Assembly (NCBI RefSeq): GCF_001194135.2
Contig: NC_068984.1
Location: 99,350,994-99,394,217, forward strand
Length of the DNA stretch: 43,224 nucleotides
DNA from: Octopus bimaculoides
Taxonomy: Eukaryota
Direction: 5' to 3'
Shown: one piece after another, positions 24,277 through 37,117 of the stretch
Numbering within the stretch: position 1 is the stretch's first letter
Layout: the number at the start of each line of letters is the position of its first letter
Program-made: the position numbers and the translations under genes
Notes under the pieces: model-generated
The model's database searches: none
Seen by the model: only the letters and a program-made list of their open reading frames with translations
What the model was told of the DNA's origin: nothing

Positions 24277-24970
24277 GTGTGTGTGTATTGTTGCTGTCTG
24301 AGAGCCCATGGTAAAAATACTATGAAATCTGTTACAAGCATATGTCAGCAATGAGGAAATGGTTATGCTCAAAATAAAGCAACCACCATAAATATGTATG
24401 ACTGTCGCATTTGCATTTATTTTTATATGTCTCAGACCTTAATGGTTCGACAAATAGACATCAATTAAATAAGTACCAATCTTAAAAACAAGTGAACTAC
24501 CATTAATATAATCATCTAAAAACCCTTAAAGCTGGTGTCCCAGCTTGGCTACAACCTAATGACTGAAACCAGAAGCACTTTACATAGAATCTGTTTGACT
24601 ATAAAAGAAAATAAAAATAAATCCAGAAAAAACAAAGCATCTAATATGTCTGATAGGGACAGGAATAGATAAGAAAATAATTTGATATTTCCACAGATTT
24701 AACAATTTTGTCTTTTAATAATCTTCTTTTTTTTTTGTCAGTTTTTTTCCTTTTTTTCAAGATCATAAACTTTGTTGCATTTGATTCTATTTCCTGCTTA
24801 GTCATTCCTTCATCTATTACTATTATTATTGTCATTATTATTATTATTATCGTTATTATTATTATGAAGACTTATTCTCTTGTGTCTGAAATCACATAAA
24901 TCATTTTGTTTACAGCAATCGAAAAACCATTTTAATCAACATTTTCATCTATATTTTGACATTTAATTAA

Positions 24971-24971
<1 letters not shown>

Positions 24972-25036
<65 letters not shown>

Positions 25037-25690
25037 CATTATTATTATTATATGAGTGCATGCTAATTATGTTAGCAGGTATTTTATCTTGAGGTTTGGT
25101 AATGACATGTCTCCTCAAATCTCAAGAATATTTTTTAGGATGTTTACAGAATATAGGATGCAAGTTTCAGTTACAATTTCTTTCAGTTTTTTAGGTAGCA
25201 TTTTGGGTGTTGTGCCCAGTGCACCTATTACTACAGGAATAATTTTTATCTTGGTCTTCCAAAGTCTCCTCAGCCCCCTCTCAATTTTTTTCCATATCTT
25301 TGGCATTGACTCTACACTCCTTGGGAACTGCAAAATCTATGATCTTCTACTGTTTGCTTATTGTGTCCTCTATAATCATGTCTGGTCTTCTTACCACTAG
25401 AGTATGGTCAGTCTTTATGACAAAGTTCTGCAAAATCTTGTAATTTACATTTTCAATCACAGCCTCTGGTTTGTGCTCATACCACTTTTCTGTTGTTCTG
25501 AAGCCACATACTTCACTAGCATCCCAAAACATTCCTTTGCCTGCACAATCATATCTGTGCTTGTTTTTCTTTTGCGCTACTATACTGCACTCATTCAAAA
25601 TATGATTGATACTCTTGTCTCCTATTTAAATGACCATTGACTCTTCAGAGTTCATCTGCACTCAGACAGGTCTTATTTTTCCTCTTGCAG
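24972..25690 (-). pseudogene. R4/Dong-clade non-LTR retrotransposon 3' end with REL endonuclease and (TAA)n tail
   Basis: Minus strand reads SINHILNECSIVAQKKNKHRYD...KWYEHKPEAVIENVNYKILQNFVIKTDHTLVVRRPDMII...IIDFAVP...LRRLWKTKIKIIPVVIGALG...ILKNILEI. This is the RHD, RRPD-D and IPVVIGALG pattern of REL LINEs. The tail at 24972-25050 reads (TAA)n on the element strand. Confidence 0.88.
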
Positions 25691-25911
25691 AGTGACCAAA
25701 TAGCAAGAAAAACACCCACCTCTGTGGGGTTGCCCATTTAGTTGCTGGCAGCTTTGACATTTGTGCTTCGATTTTGTGGCTTCAGTAACAATAGTTGTGA
25801 AGGAGCAAGTGTCTTGTATGAAGCTAACTAAGGGAGGCAGTTACATAAGAAGAACATGGAACAAAAGAGAAAAAAAAAAGAAAAAATTATTACTTTTATT
25901 ATTGGTGAGAT

Positions 25912-26112
25912 AACAGAATCATTAGCATACCGAGCGAACTGTTTGGCGGTATTTTGTCTGTCTTTATGTTCTGAGTTCAAATTCCGCCAAAGTCAACATT
26001 ACTTTTTATCCTTTTGGGGTCAATAAATGAAGTACCAGTGAAACACTGCTGCTGATGTAATCAACTTATCTTCTTTCTCAAAAAGGCCTTGTGCCTATAG
26101 TAGAAAGGATTA
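25912..26112 (+). mobile_element. SINE family A with (TTA)n tail
   Basis: GAGTTCAAATTCCGCCAAAGTCAAC...ATCCTTTTGGGGTCAATAAATGAAGTACC...GGCCTTGTGCCTATAGTAGAAAGGATTATT. Confidence 0.8.
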
Positions 26113-26208
26113 TTATTATTATTAATATTATTATTATTATTATTATTAAAATTATCATTACCAAAAGAAAATGTCAGAAGGGTAATTTTTTTTCTAGCTT
26201 ATTGTTGT

Positions 26209-26265
<57 letters not shown>

Positions 26266-26844
26266 GAGACTATTCTCCAATGTGTTCTTCCATAACTTAA
26301 GTCAGTAGAATGATTTGAAGGAAATTTGGCTGCTATTTTTAGTAAGTCAAGTGATTGTACAAAGTTCTTTACTCACTGGCTTGAAGTAAACTTCAATGTT
26401 GTTGTTTAACCCCAGATTAACGTTCATTAAGGAACCTCTGCAATGAAAACTAAAGATGTTTCAGTTGTACCATCCTGTCTTTCTCTATATAAAGAACTAT
26501 ATTGTCCAATATATCTCTTATTTAAGATGGTAGGGTGTTATTTGAAGCAGATTTAGCTGCTATTTCCTTCAGATCAAGTGTCCATGTACAAGCTCCTTTG
26601 TTGAACATTGAGACCAACTCACATAAGTTGATGTCACTTAAAATGGGATAAAATACTACAGCAGGCAGACTTCGCAATACTCTCCACTGCTAGAAAACTT
26701 TCTCTCCCTCCCACCCTCTCTGTTCCTTTCTCATCTTTAGAACTTCTTCAGTAAGACAGTGTGAAATATGAATTTCTCAGGAAGGATGAAATAGGTGATG
26801 AGAGAAAAGATGGCAGTGTCTTGGTGATATATATATATAGCACA

Positions 26845-26977
26845 GAATTTTGTCAGTGAACAGGTCACGGTCTCAAAGCGACGAAAATATTTTGACAAAT
26901 TAAATTTAAATGTTGAAGTGAATCTAACGGATTTTGTGTGTTATTTTAAATGGCTTATAAACACCTTCCACGCTGCA

Positions 26978-26982
<5 letters not shown>
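26845..26982 (+). repeat. 138-bp dispersed repeat, copy 1
   Basis: 136/138 identical to 29488-29625 by direct comparison. Confidence 0.9.
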
Positions 26983-27013
<31 letters not shown>

Positions 27014-27164
27014 TTTATGTATATATTAATATTATCTCGGTTGAAAAAACTTTGATAATGTAAATATGTTGATACCATGGGTAGCAAAAATCACACAAAA
27101 ACTAGGATATCACACCCGTTTTATTGGTAGAAATACCAAGTTAAAGTGATGTATTTTGAGTAGA

Positions 27165-27660
27165 TATGAATAATAATAATAAATGGAGCAAAACGCATAT
27201 AAACAATAAGTTCCTTTAATTCCTACATATGTTTCAAAATATATGTGCACTCTACTCCAAAGAAGTAAGAGGTGCTGGAATTGCACATATATTCATCGTC
27301 AGGGAACCAAAATACAGAAGCAAGACATATGCTAAATGTTAAGGTTACGTACGTACGAGTTATAACATTATATAGCTAAGTGACCGTAAGAAACAAACAC
27401 GCTGGTTTACATAGAGTTATTACGGGAGAGAGGCTGTAAACGCTATACTATTGGTTTAAATTAAAAGATTAAATTAATCTTTTAATTTAAACCTTTAGTA
27501 TAGCGTTCACAGCCTCTCTCCCGTAATAACGCTACATCCTACTGATGCAATGCTGAGACAAGTCACTGAAGCTGTCTGTATACAAGAATACAAACCCTCT
27601 CTCAACCGTAAATCCGAATGGGGTAACATCCAGATTCCACTCGGGAGTACCCCACTATAG
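27165..27660. mobile_element. Penelope-like element relic: antisense terminal repeat with hammerhead, palindromic junction, sense GIY-YIG C-terminus
   Basis: Plus strand 27535-27660 translates HPTDAMLRQVTEAVCIQEYKPSLNRKSEWGNIQIPLGSTPL*, matching the RQ..EA..I...LN.K.EW tail of PLE GIY-YIG endonucleases. Hammerhead on minus at 27220-27306; palindrome at 27416-27530. Confidence 0.7.
27220..27306 (-). ncRNA. Minimal type I hammerhead ribozyme
   Basis: Minus strand: TTCC-CTGACGA-TGAATATATGTGCA-loop-TGCACATATATTTT-GAAAC-ATAT-GTA-GGAA. Core CUGANGA/GAAA/GUA is intact; stem I is TTCC:GGAA; stem II is 13 bp (one G-U) closed by a U-U mismatch; stem III is short with palindromic ACATATGT. Confidence 0.8.
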
Positions 27661-27662
27661 TC

Positions 27663-27704
<42 letters not shown>

Positions 27705-28928
27705 TGTGGAATTCCATACATACATGTTGAGATGCATCATACTAAAATACATATACGTAGTTATATATAACCGGTTGAACGTATATATAGTTTGATATGT
27801 ATGTACGTATGTGTAGATGTATATGTGTGTGTACGCGTGTGTATGTGTTGTGCGTTGTGTGAGTATGTGTGTAGATATATCTATGTGTGGTATGTGTATG
27901 TGTGTAAAAAAATTATAATAAAAAACAATAAAAAATAAAAAGAATGCAAATTTGAATTTTAACCGTTACCCTTGAATTAGTATCATATATATTTGTATAT
28001 ATGTATGTGTGTATGTATGTGTGTGTATACGTATATGTGCATATATGTATGAAGGTAGTGATGGATAAGCGTATATGCGTGTATACTTTAAGATTATACG
28101 TATATTTGTGAGTGAGTGTAAGTGTCTATATGATTGTGTGTACTTGTATATATGTATAAGCAAGGTTATTTGTGCATATATGTATCTAAGACGTTGTATC
28201 CATTCACCGTTAGACGGTGGTGAGAGGGACAAATACACACACACACACACAAACACACACACATATATGTGTGTGTGTCTACATATNNNNNNNNNNNNNN
28301 NNNNNNNNNNNNNNNNNNNNNNNNNNNNNNNNNNNNNNNNNNNNNNNNNNNNNNNNNNNNNNNNNNNNNNNNNNNNNNNNNNNNNNNNNNNNNNNNNNNN
28401 NNNNNNNNNNNNNNNNNNNNNNNNNNNNNNNNNNNNNNNNNNNNNNNNNNNNNNNNNNNNNNNNNNNNNNNNNNNNNNNNNNNNNNNNNNNNNNNNNNNN
28501 NNNNNNNNNNNNNNNNNNNNNNNNNNNNNNNNNNNNNNNNNNNNNNNNNNNNNNNNNNNNNNNNNNNNNNNNNNNNNNNNNNNNNNNNNNNNNNNNNNNN
28601 NNNNNNNNNNNNNNNNNNNNNNNNNNNNNNNNNNNNNNNNNNNNNNNNNNNNNNNNNNNNNNNNNNNNNNNNNNNNNNNNNNNNNNNNNNNNNNNNNNNN
28701 NNNNNNNNNNNNNNNNNNNNNNNNNNNNNNNNNNNNNNNNNNNNNNNNNNNNNNNNNNNNNNNNNNNNNNNNNNNNNNNNNNNNNNNNNNNNNNNNNNNN
28801 NNNNNNNNNNNNNNNNNNNNNNNNNNNNNNNNNNNNNNNNNNNNNNNNNNNNNNNNNNNNNNNNNNNNNNNNNNNNNNNNNNNNNNNNNNNNNNNNNNNN
28901 NNNNNNNNNNNNNNNNNNNNNNNNNNNN

Positions 28929-29427
28929 AAGATGACTCATAAGCCCAGCTTTACTGAGGCACGGTCTTGCACAGACACTGCATGTCAGTGTCATGGGAAG
29001 ACCCTTACCATCTGGAAGTGCAACAACAATGCCCTTCCTGACATCCCTCCTTAATTTCTTATGTGCAATTCGTGATTTCTCAAAAGTAGTTGTCCCCTCA
29101 TGCACAATCCTTCTCCACCTGCTACGGTCAGTAGCTATGCCTTCCCATGTGTTAAGAGAGATGTTGGCATTTCTCAAGGAAACCTTCAGCAAGTCTTTAT
29201 ATCTCTTTTTTGGTTTATGTGGAGGTCGTTCTCCTTTAGCTAACTCTCCATAAAAGAATTATTTTGGCATCTTTGAATCTTTCATCCTGACCAGATGACC
29301 ACTCCATATGAGCCTTTGCTTCAACACAAGAGCTTCTACGCGTTCACACCGAGAGCTTTCCAATATCCCAAGATCACTGATGCGGTCCTCCCACTTGATA
29401 CCACAGATCCGTCTGAGACACATCTGA
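28929..29427 (-). pseudogene. RTE-clade LINE 3' end with C-terminal C2H2-like finger (runs into N-gap)
   Basis: CLRRICGIKWEDRISDLGILE...LKQRLIWSGHLVRMKDSKMPK...KRYKDLLKVSLRNANISLNTWEGIATDRSRWRRIVHEG...CSVCARPCLSKAGLMSHL, a typical RTE/BovB-like tail. Confidence 0.88.
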
Positions 29428-29487
29428 CACACATACATACATACATATATATCATGAACTAACTGTTACTTTCTCAGATGCAACTCG

Positions 29488-29625
29488 GAATTTTGTCAGT
29501 GAACAGGTCACGGTCTCAAAGCGACGAAAATATTTTGACAAATTAAAGTTAAATGTTGAAGTGAATCTAACGGTTTTTGTGTGTTATTTTAAATGGCTTA
29601 TAAACACCTTCCACGCTGCAATTGT
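29488..29625 (+). repeat. 138-bp dispersed repeat, copy 2 (homology likely extends further in this copy)
   Basis: Near-identical to 26845-26982. Confidence 0.9.
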
Positions 29626-29683
29626 TTTCGTTCCAGCACACGATCTCAGATCAGGTCACTTGCTATGCAAGTACATCTATCTA

Positions 29684-29716
<33 letters not shown>

Positions 29717-29781
29717 TAGGTAATGAGCGAAAACAAAGAAAAAGATAAAATAATGAGGACAAGTTTTGATAAAACTGTTAA

Positions 29782-29980
29782 CCCTTTAGCATTTAAACCA
29801 GCCATATCTGGGCAAAATATTCTACCAGTCATATCCAGCCTCTCACACCTATCCTACAATGTCACTCTAAAAACAGTTACATTATTGAAATCTCAAAGCT
29901 ATGAGATAATGCATGATTAATTTAAAACAAAGTGAATAAATTAGTGCTACGTTAGGCAAAGTAATCTGAATGTTAAAGGG
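29782..29980. mobile_element. piggyBac-like MITE
   Basis: TTAA|CCCTTTAGCATT ... AATGTTAAAGGG|TTAA: an 11/12 TIR starting CCC with TTAA on both sides (29778-29781 and 29981-29984). Confidence 0.8.
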
Positions 29981-30778
29981 TTAAAGGGAAAAAGTCTTTA
30001 ATGTTTCAGATGTTAGTCCTTCATCAGACAAAAGAAAGCAATGAAAGAAAGGGAAAAATGTAGGAAAAGTGGTGGGAAAGAAAGAATGAGATAAAATGGG
30101 TTTAGGGCTGAGGTGGAAATATAATTCTATGGGGAGAAGTTAGGAAGAAGAGGAGGAGGCTGGCTAGTCTGTGCATGAATAGGAGGGTATTTGTGTATTG
30201 TGATGGGCATGGAGATGTGAGTGGTTTCTTGTAATATGTTGCAGTGTGCGAGTGTGAGGGTGGGATAGTGGTGTGGCATAGTGGCTAAGTGGGAGAATGG
30301 TGAGTAGGTATGAATATAATGTAGGTGAGCAGAAGATGTGGGAGAAATGAAAGGACAAGTTGTAAAACCACTGAAGAAAATAGAATAGTTGTTGAGAAAA
30401 AAATAAGAGAAAAAATGTATAGATATACTTACATAAGTTCCATTACAATAAAAGATTTAATATTGGCAACTCTAGTTCAAATAAAGGAAGAGCCTATTCT
30501 AAGCATGACTAGAATTTACAGAAGACACATGCTTTTGGTATTTCAAAGTAATCTGGGTACTGTGTGGGATGTTCTGAATCACAGTATGTAGTCCTTTCCT
30601 ATTTTGGGAATACTTTTTATTGTCTTATTGCATTTTTATATTTATTGCTATTCATTGTTATATATTTATGAAGGTTTCTTTTATTGTTATTGTTGATCTC
30701 ACCCTTTAACTCCATGTAAATTCTCCATTGCATTTTAGTATATTATTCAACTATTATCACCATCATTATTATTATTGG

Positions 30779-31206
30779 AGGTGGTAAGCTGGCAGAATCA
30801 CTAGCATGTCAGACAAAATGTTTAGAAGTATTTTATCCATCTTCATGTTCTGAGTTCAAATTCTGCTGTACTTGACATTGCCTTTCATTCTTTAAGGGTA
30901 CACGTTGAGTACTGAAGTCAATGTTTTTGACTTATCTGCTTCCCCAAAATTTCAGGCCCTGTGTCTATAATAGAAGGGATTATTATTATTATTAAAGGCA
31001 ATGAACTGGTAGAATTGTTATCATGCTGGGTGAAATGTTTAGCAGTATTTCATCTGTCTTCATGTTCTAAGTTCAAATGCCACCAGGGTCATCTTTGCTT
31101 TCATCCTTTTGGGGTTGTTAAAGTAAGTACCTGTTGAGTACTGGGGTTGATGTAATCGACTATCCCCTTCCCCCAAATTCCAGGCCTTGTGCCTGTAGCA
31201 GAAAGG

Positions 31207-31266
<60 letters not shown>

Positions 31267-31500
31267 GTGGTGAGCTGGTAGAATTGTTACTGCACCAAAC
31301 AAAATGTTTGGATGTTGGCATTTTGTGCATCTTTACATTCTGAGTTTAAATGCTGCTGGGGGTGGCTTTGCCTTTCATATTTTCAGGGTCAGTAAAATAA
31401 GTAGCAGTCAAATACTGGAGGAGGAAGAGGGGGACATGTTGTAATCAACTAACCCCTTCCCTTAAAATTTCTAGTCTTGTGCCAAAATTTGAAACCATTT
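30779..31500 (+). mobile_element. Three head-to-tail SINE family A copies separated by (TTA)n tails
   Basis: Copies at about 30779-30985, 30996-31210 and 31267-31500, each with a CTGGYAGAAT head, a B-box and the CTTTCAT core. Confidence 0.85.
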
Positions 31501-31686
31501 TTATTATTATTGGAGAAAAATGAATGTAATTGGCTGCAGTAACTGTAGCAATAATGATAATATTTGATTGCCATATATTCTTTTTCTATACATCTATAAT
31601 TGCATCTCCCAAACCATATGTACAAACATATATAAAATTGATTCACTTCATATATATATATATGTGTGTGTGTATTTGAGTATATA

Positions 31687-31723
<37 letters not shown>

Positions 31724-32295
31724 TTGAATATTCATGTTCCCAAGATATGTGATTTTCTTTATTCATTAATTGTTGGTTTGATTTCTGAAAGACAGTGAAT
31801 CTTAGATCATCCCATGCTTCATCTTCTTCATTATTAGTCTGAGGAGAGAGATCACTGTCGTTTTGAGGGACTTGTTCTTTCTCACACATTCTAGTTGTTT
31901 TCTGTTTACTTTTACAGGGGGATATTTCATTTTATTTCCCCTCTTTCAGTGTTTTTTTTTTTCAACAGTTATTACACTTTCCTCTGCAGCCATCATCTGT
32001 TTCTGTAGTGATGCTACTGGTTGTAATATTAAGACAGGGTGTCAGCCTGCTTGTTTCTAGTACTGGGTACTTGTTTCCAGTACTGGTACATGTTGGCTTG
32101 CTCTACCATTCCCTATATATATATATATATATGCCCATCAGGAATCACTGCAGAGATGCTCAAAATATCTGGCAGTGNNNNNNNNNNCACATATATGAAG
32201 AGAGAGAAGCTGAACCTGGAACCATGTGGTTGGGAACCAAGCTTCTTACCATGCAGCCATGCTTGCACCTATATTGTCATGTCTATGCTTATATA

Positions 32296-32600
32296 TACAA
32301 GGTCCAATCAGTAAGTATCCGGACTGTTTCCATAATAACAAAGCTAAAGCACACAAAGTAAAGCGGCTTTGTAAAGATTGACTTTGAACTCTGTTGTGCA
32401 TGTGCACTAAGTTTTAACATTCCAGCTCACTTCTGCTGTTTACAGCAGTGCTTGGAAGGAAGGTGTGTAGCATGTGATCGTTGCATTGACCATAACAGAG
32501 CAAGTTGTCATGACGATACCTGCTCAGAGGCCTATGCAAAGTTGCAGAAAGTGTATGGAGAGGAGTGTATGAGTTGCACACAAATATTTGAGAATACAAA
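32296..32600 (+). mobile_element. Second mariner, 5' fragment
   Basis: TIR-like TACAAGGTCCAATCAGTAAGTATCCGGACT followed by DTCSEAYAKLQKVYGEECMSCTQIFE, a mariner N-terminal helix-turn-helix pattern. Confidence 0.7.
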
Positions 32601-32801
32601 ATGGCTGATATTTAGCAAGGTGAGACACACATAAGAAGGAAGGAAACAAAGGACCACTGATGAGGTCACAGAAGTGTGACGAAAGAACTCTGGCCGAAAT
32701 AAGATTAATATTAATGTAATATAAAGCTGAAGCAAATTAACACCAAATATACAGTGCGTGTGTTTTTATTGGCTAAACTGGCAATATGACCATCCCCAAG
32801 T

Positions 32802-32845
<44 letters not shown>

Positions 32846-33039
32846 CATAATATATACATATTAAACTTAAGCCCATTAACATTACCAAGGTTATGGGTTC
32901 TGTCCCTCTATATCATACTAAGTTATAAATAGGTAAATATAACATTATTTTGATTTGGTTGATTAAGTAAATAGCAATATTACCATTTGGGAAAATATTG
33001 TCTGGGGAAAAACAGTATATATACCTTTTACAATTTATA

Positions 33040-33740
33040 ATCAACAACATCATCGTCATCATTACCAACTTTATTGTCACCATCATCACAGTAGCCATAA
33101 TCATCAATATCACTTTTACCAATGATCATCATTACCAACATCATCACTATCACCATCATTACCACCACCACCATCACCATCATTTCCACCAACATCATTA
33201 TCATTAGCATCATGTCCCCAACATTATCATTACCACCATCATCATGACTGATATCCTCACCGTTATCGTCATCATCATCATCACACTTAATCTTCATCAG
33301 TATTATACATCATAGTTGTCATCATCATCGCTATCAATCTCCATCACCTATCATTACTGTCATTGTAATGTCATTAATACTATCATCATATCATCGCCAT
33401 CTTCACCATTATCAACTGTATCATCATCGTCGTCATCTTCATAACCAACAGCACTATCATCATCACCACCACTATAAGTATCACCATTGTCATCATCATT
33501 ATCATCACCATCATTATCTTCATGATAATTGCTATACCCATGACAATTATCATCCTCACCATGACCACCACTACTGCCAATTACCATCATTAGTCTAAAC
33601 ACCATCATTATTATCACAATACTTCCATCTTCATCATCATTAACCTCAACCACCACTACCATTATCATCACCTTAAATACTATCATCATTATTATCACAG
33701 TCCCCACCATACCACCGAACTATTATCATCATCACCAACT
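33040..33740. repeat. Degenerate (CAT/CAC/ATC)n trinucleotide field
   Basis: Direct reading. It explains the His/Asp/Met-rich ORFs in the track. Confidence 0.9.
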
Positions 33741-33999
33741 GGAGTTGCAGTTAATTGAGCATCAGTTTTATCAGTGCAGCCTTTTTGATGCAGCTTTGTT
33801 ACCCTGTTGTATGACTTTGTATTATGTACTGTAAGAGGCATTGTATTATGTAATATAAAAAGTTAGTGGATTGTGTAATGAATGGTATTATTTTAACATG
33901 CAATGCATGACATTAATATATTGTGTAAATATTGTGTAATATACATAATCATGTAATATATGAAGTAACAGAATTGTGAAATTTGTGGGATCATTGTAC

Positions 34000-34350
34000 T
34001 ATGTAATGCCTGTGGGCAGTGGAGTATGAAATGTACAAAGATACTGTTATATGAAATGTATGAGGGTATTGTAATATGTAATGTTTGAGGGTTCTATACT
34101 GAGTAATGTATGAGGGTTCTGTAGTAGTACTGTAATGTACGAAGGCAGTGTAGTACTGTAATGTTAAAGGATACAATAATATGAAAAGTATGAGGGTACT
34201 GTAATATGTAGTGTATGTGGGCACTGTAGCATGCAATGTATGAAGGCAGTGCAGTAATGTAAAATAAAAGGGTACTGTAATATGTAATGTGTGAGGGTTT
34301 TATATTATGTCATATATGAGGGTACTGTAGTATGTAAAATTAATAGGTAA
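34000..34350. repeat. ~25-bp degenerate minisatellite (ATGAGGGTACTGTAATATGTAATGT-like)
   Basis: The unit recurs with variants across the interval. Confidence 0.8.
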
Positions 34351-34618
34351 AATATGAGATATATGAGCTCAATCTGTTGTGTAATGTGTGTGAGGTATTA
34401 TGTAATATATGTGATCAGTGTGTTATGTAATGCTGAGGTCAGTATCCTCTGGTGTGTAAATGTGCTGATATTTCTTGACTGTATTTGCTTAAAATTTTTA
34501 GCTCCAGCTCAGCTTTGATTCAACAAATCTGATATGAGACTTTCCAGCTGTGACCACCCTGTCTTTTATTTTCAGACAGTGTACGTATGTAGGACTGCAT
34601 TGGTACCTCCATCTACAT

Positions 34619-34862
34619 CAGTGGTTTTCAACCAGGTTCCATATGGCCCTTGTGGGTCCGTATAAAATTTCGTTGTTAAAATGTATGAGCAATAAATTGG
34701 TTATACTTCTACAATACATAAAATAATTAGCAATTTCTTCATACTGTTCCTAATAGCATTTAGTTATAAAAATACAATAGGATTTTTTTTGAAATATCAA
34801 ATGGTTATAGGGGTCCAGTTGGGTAAAATATGAATCATAGCCAAAAAAATGGTTGAGAACTG
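34619..34862. mobile_element. hAT (Charlie-like) MITE, degenerate
   Basis: Left CAGTGGTTTTCAACC, right GGTTGAGAAC-TG (short deletion). TSD not evident. Confidence 0.5.
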
Positions 34863-35185
34863 AACTTCATTATAACTAGAGTATGCACATATCTAGTTAG
34901 ATGTAAACACATATGCTATACATACATGCATACCTACATACCTACACACATACATGCATGCATATGCATATATCTTTAAAAGGTTTTGCAAAAATTTACT
35001 TGATAACAGTCATATTTGAAGAAAGATTTTCTTTAAATTTATTAAAAGTTCAAAAACAAATCTTAGTCAAACAGAATAGTATGAATCTTTGTAATGAAGT
35101 TTTGATAATGTGTGTCTATGTACTTTCATTGATAAATTTTTCGTCTGTTTTGGAATAATCTGTATAAAAGAAGATATTTTTACAT

Positions 35186-35492
35186 ATGCTAAATTTGCTG
35201 AACATATCTGCTAAATATTGGTCCATCTGACAAATGTTCACATGTTAAATATCCACAAACATCTGCTAAATACTCATTCATCCATTAAACGCTTGACCAT
35301 CTGCTAGATGTCCACACACCTCAACCAAATACCTACAGAAGCATTTGCTAAATGCCCATACATTTGCTAAATACTTGCATGCATCTGTCAGACATTTGCT
35401 AAACATTGATGCCTTTACAAATCTGCAAAATGCCCAAATACCTATTAAATACCCTCACATCTGTTAAATGCCCTGGCATATCTGCTAAACAT
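35186..35492. repeat. ~19-bp degenerate minisatellite around ATCTGCTAAAT
   Basis: About 13 motif variants spaced roughly 19 or 38 bp apart. Confidence 0.7.
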
Positions 35493-37117
35493 GTAAACAC
35501 CTCACAGCAATGATGAGTGATTTAGCTACATCTGTATATTGCTGATAATGAGCATGAATGACTTGATAATGTGCTGAGAGATCAACAGTTTGTATCTAGT
35601 TGGCCGCATTCCATGATGGCAAGGATAGACTGCATGCCCAGTCTACCTAGCTGTATATAGGTACAATAAGGCAAATTCAACATGCTGTTTCAAGTAATGG
35701 CAACATTGCAATAAATTTCCAAGTGGTTTATGAGCTGGTGATGTTGAGCTCACTTCTTCTTACTGTGGTTAATACAGTATCAGAAAGAAAGGGCTTGACA
35801 AATTTATTTCTAGTGGGACCAGTGGAAATTCCACAGAATGAAAAAGATTAAGAAAAGCTATTTAAGAAAGAAAAGATGATTTGCATTTTTATTTTTATTT
35901 TGCCAAGTTCTTTCACTTCCAGTTACAATAATATAAAATTATTTAAAAATTTCCCTCTGCTAAGCACTTTATATTTCTCTCTTCCTCTCTACCTCTTCAA
36001 CACACTTTTTAACCATGTAATTCCCTCTCTTCATGTCTTTAACATTTCTCTCTTTCTCTTCACCTCTCACTTCCACTAACCACATGAGTAACAGCATGAT
36101 GCATTAACTGGCTACCTGCTCTCTCACACACCCTTACATTCCTTCTTCCTCTCTCTCACTCTACCCCCTCCTCTCCTCTTACAAACTAAAGCATAAAGTG
36201 TGAATGAACAGGTAATAATATAGATTTAGTTCAATAAAAAAATTACTTTTCACTATCAACACACCACCACCACCACCATCACTATAGTTTTCAGTAAGGA
36301 AGCTAATTTCATTTAGTTCAGTTCAGCTGTTTGTTTATATTTACTTTTTCTTGCTGTCATTGTATCTCTATTCTGTCAATACAAATGCTCTCAGCCTCTC
36401 CTCTCTCTTTCTCTCTCTCTCTCTATCTGCTTTTCTTTAACCTCACCACCAGAATGTCACCCTCTGCCTAATATTATATCCTAAACATATCTTGTTCTCT
36501 TTACCTTTCCCTCCCCACCCTACAGAACGTTGTTAACACTTCTCTCTCCCTCTTTTCTCTTACTCTTTGCTTCTCCCTGTAACTAACCACGTGACACATT
36601 TGGCCTTATTTATACATCTTTCTCTAATTCTTCCTCACTTCTTTCTTTTCTACTCATGCTCTTCACCTCTTTCTCTCACTTTTACTCCATTTCTTACTCA
36701 TTCCACCTCCACCTCTCTAACTAACTAAAGTATAACAGGCAAATGAACAAGTATATTATGAAGAGGGGATCTTTAGTAAAACATCTATAGCTCACTGGAT
36801 TAAGGACTTGCCATTCATCATACATATTGTTGGTTGAAAGCATGACTTTGTGCCCATGTGACTCTAAATTCAGTCACATAACACAATACCTCAGTCAAGT
36901 TTTTTAGAGTAGTGTTGGGTTGATCATCATCTTCTGTGTGGAATTCAGGTGGAAATTATGTAGGACCCATTGTATCATGTGTATATTGCACACTTACATA
37001 TGTGAGTATATGTAAGTATATACATATATATGTACATATGTGTATGTGTGCGTGTGCATGCATGCACATGCATGTCAGTGTGACTGTTTACTTTTGTACT
37101 TCTCTGAAAATTCTAAG

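Noticed and set aside
32913-33710. His-rich and Asp/Met-rich ORFs on both strands
   Set aside because: A degenerate (CAT)n field lacks stops in several frames by composition. No splice or homology support.
35186-35492. Repeat-spacer look resembling a CRISPR array (also 34000-34350 and 38030-38170)
   Set aside because: The repeats are short and degenerate, spacers resemble each other, the context is eukaryotic, and there are no cas genes. These are minisatellites.
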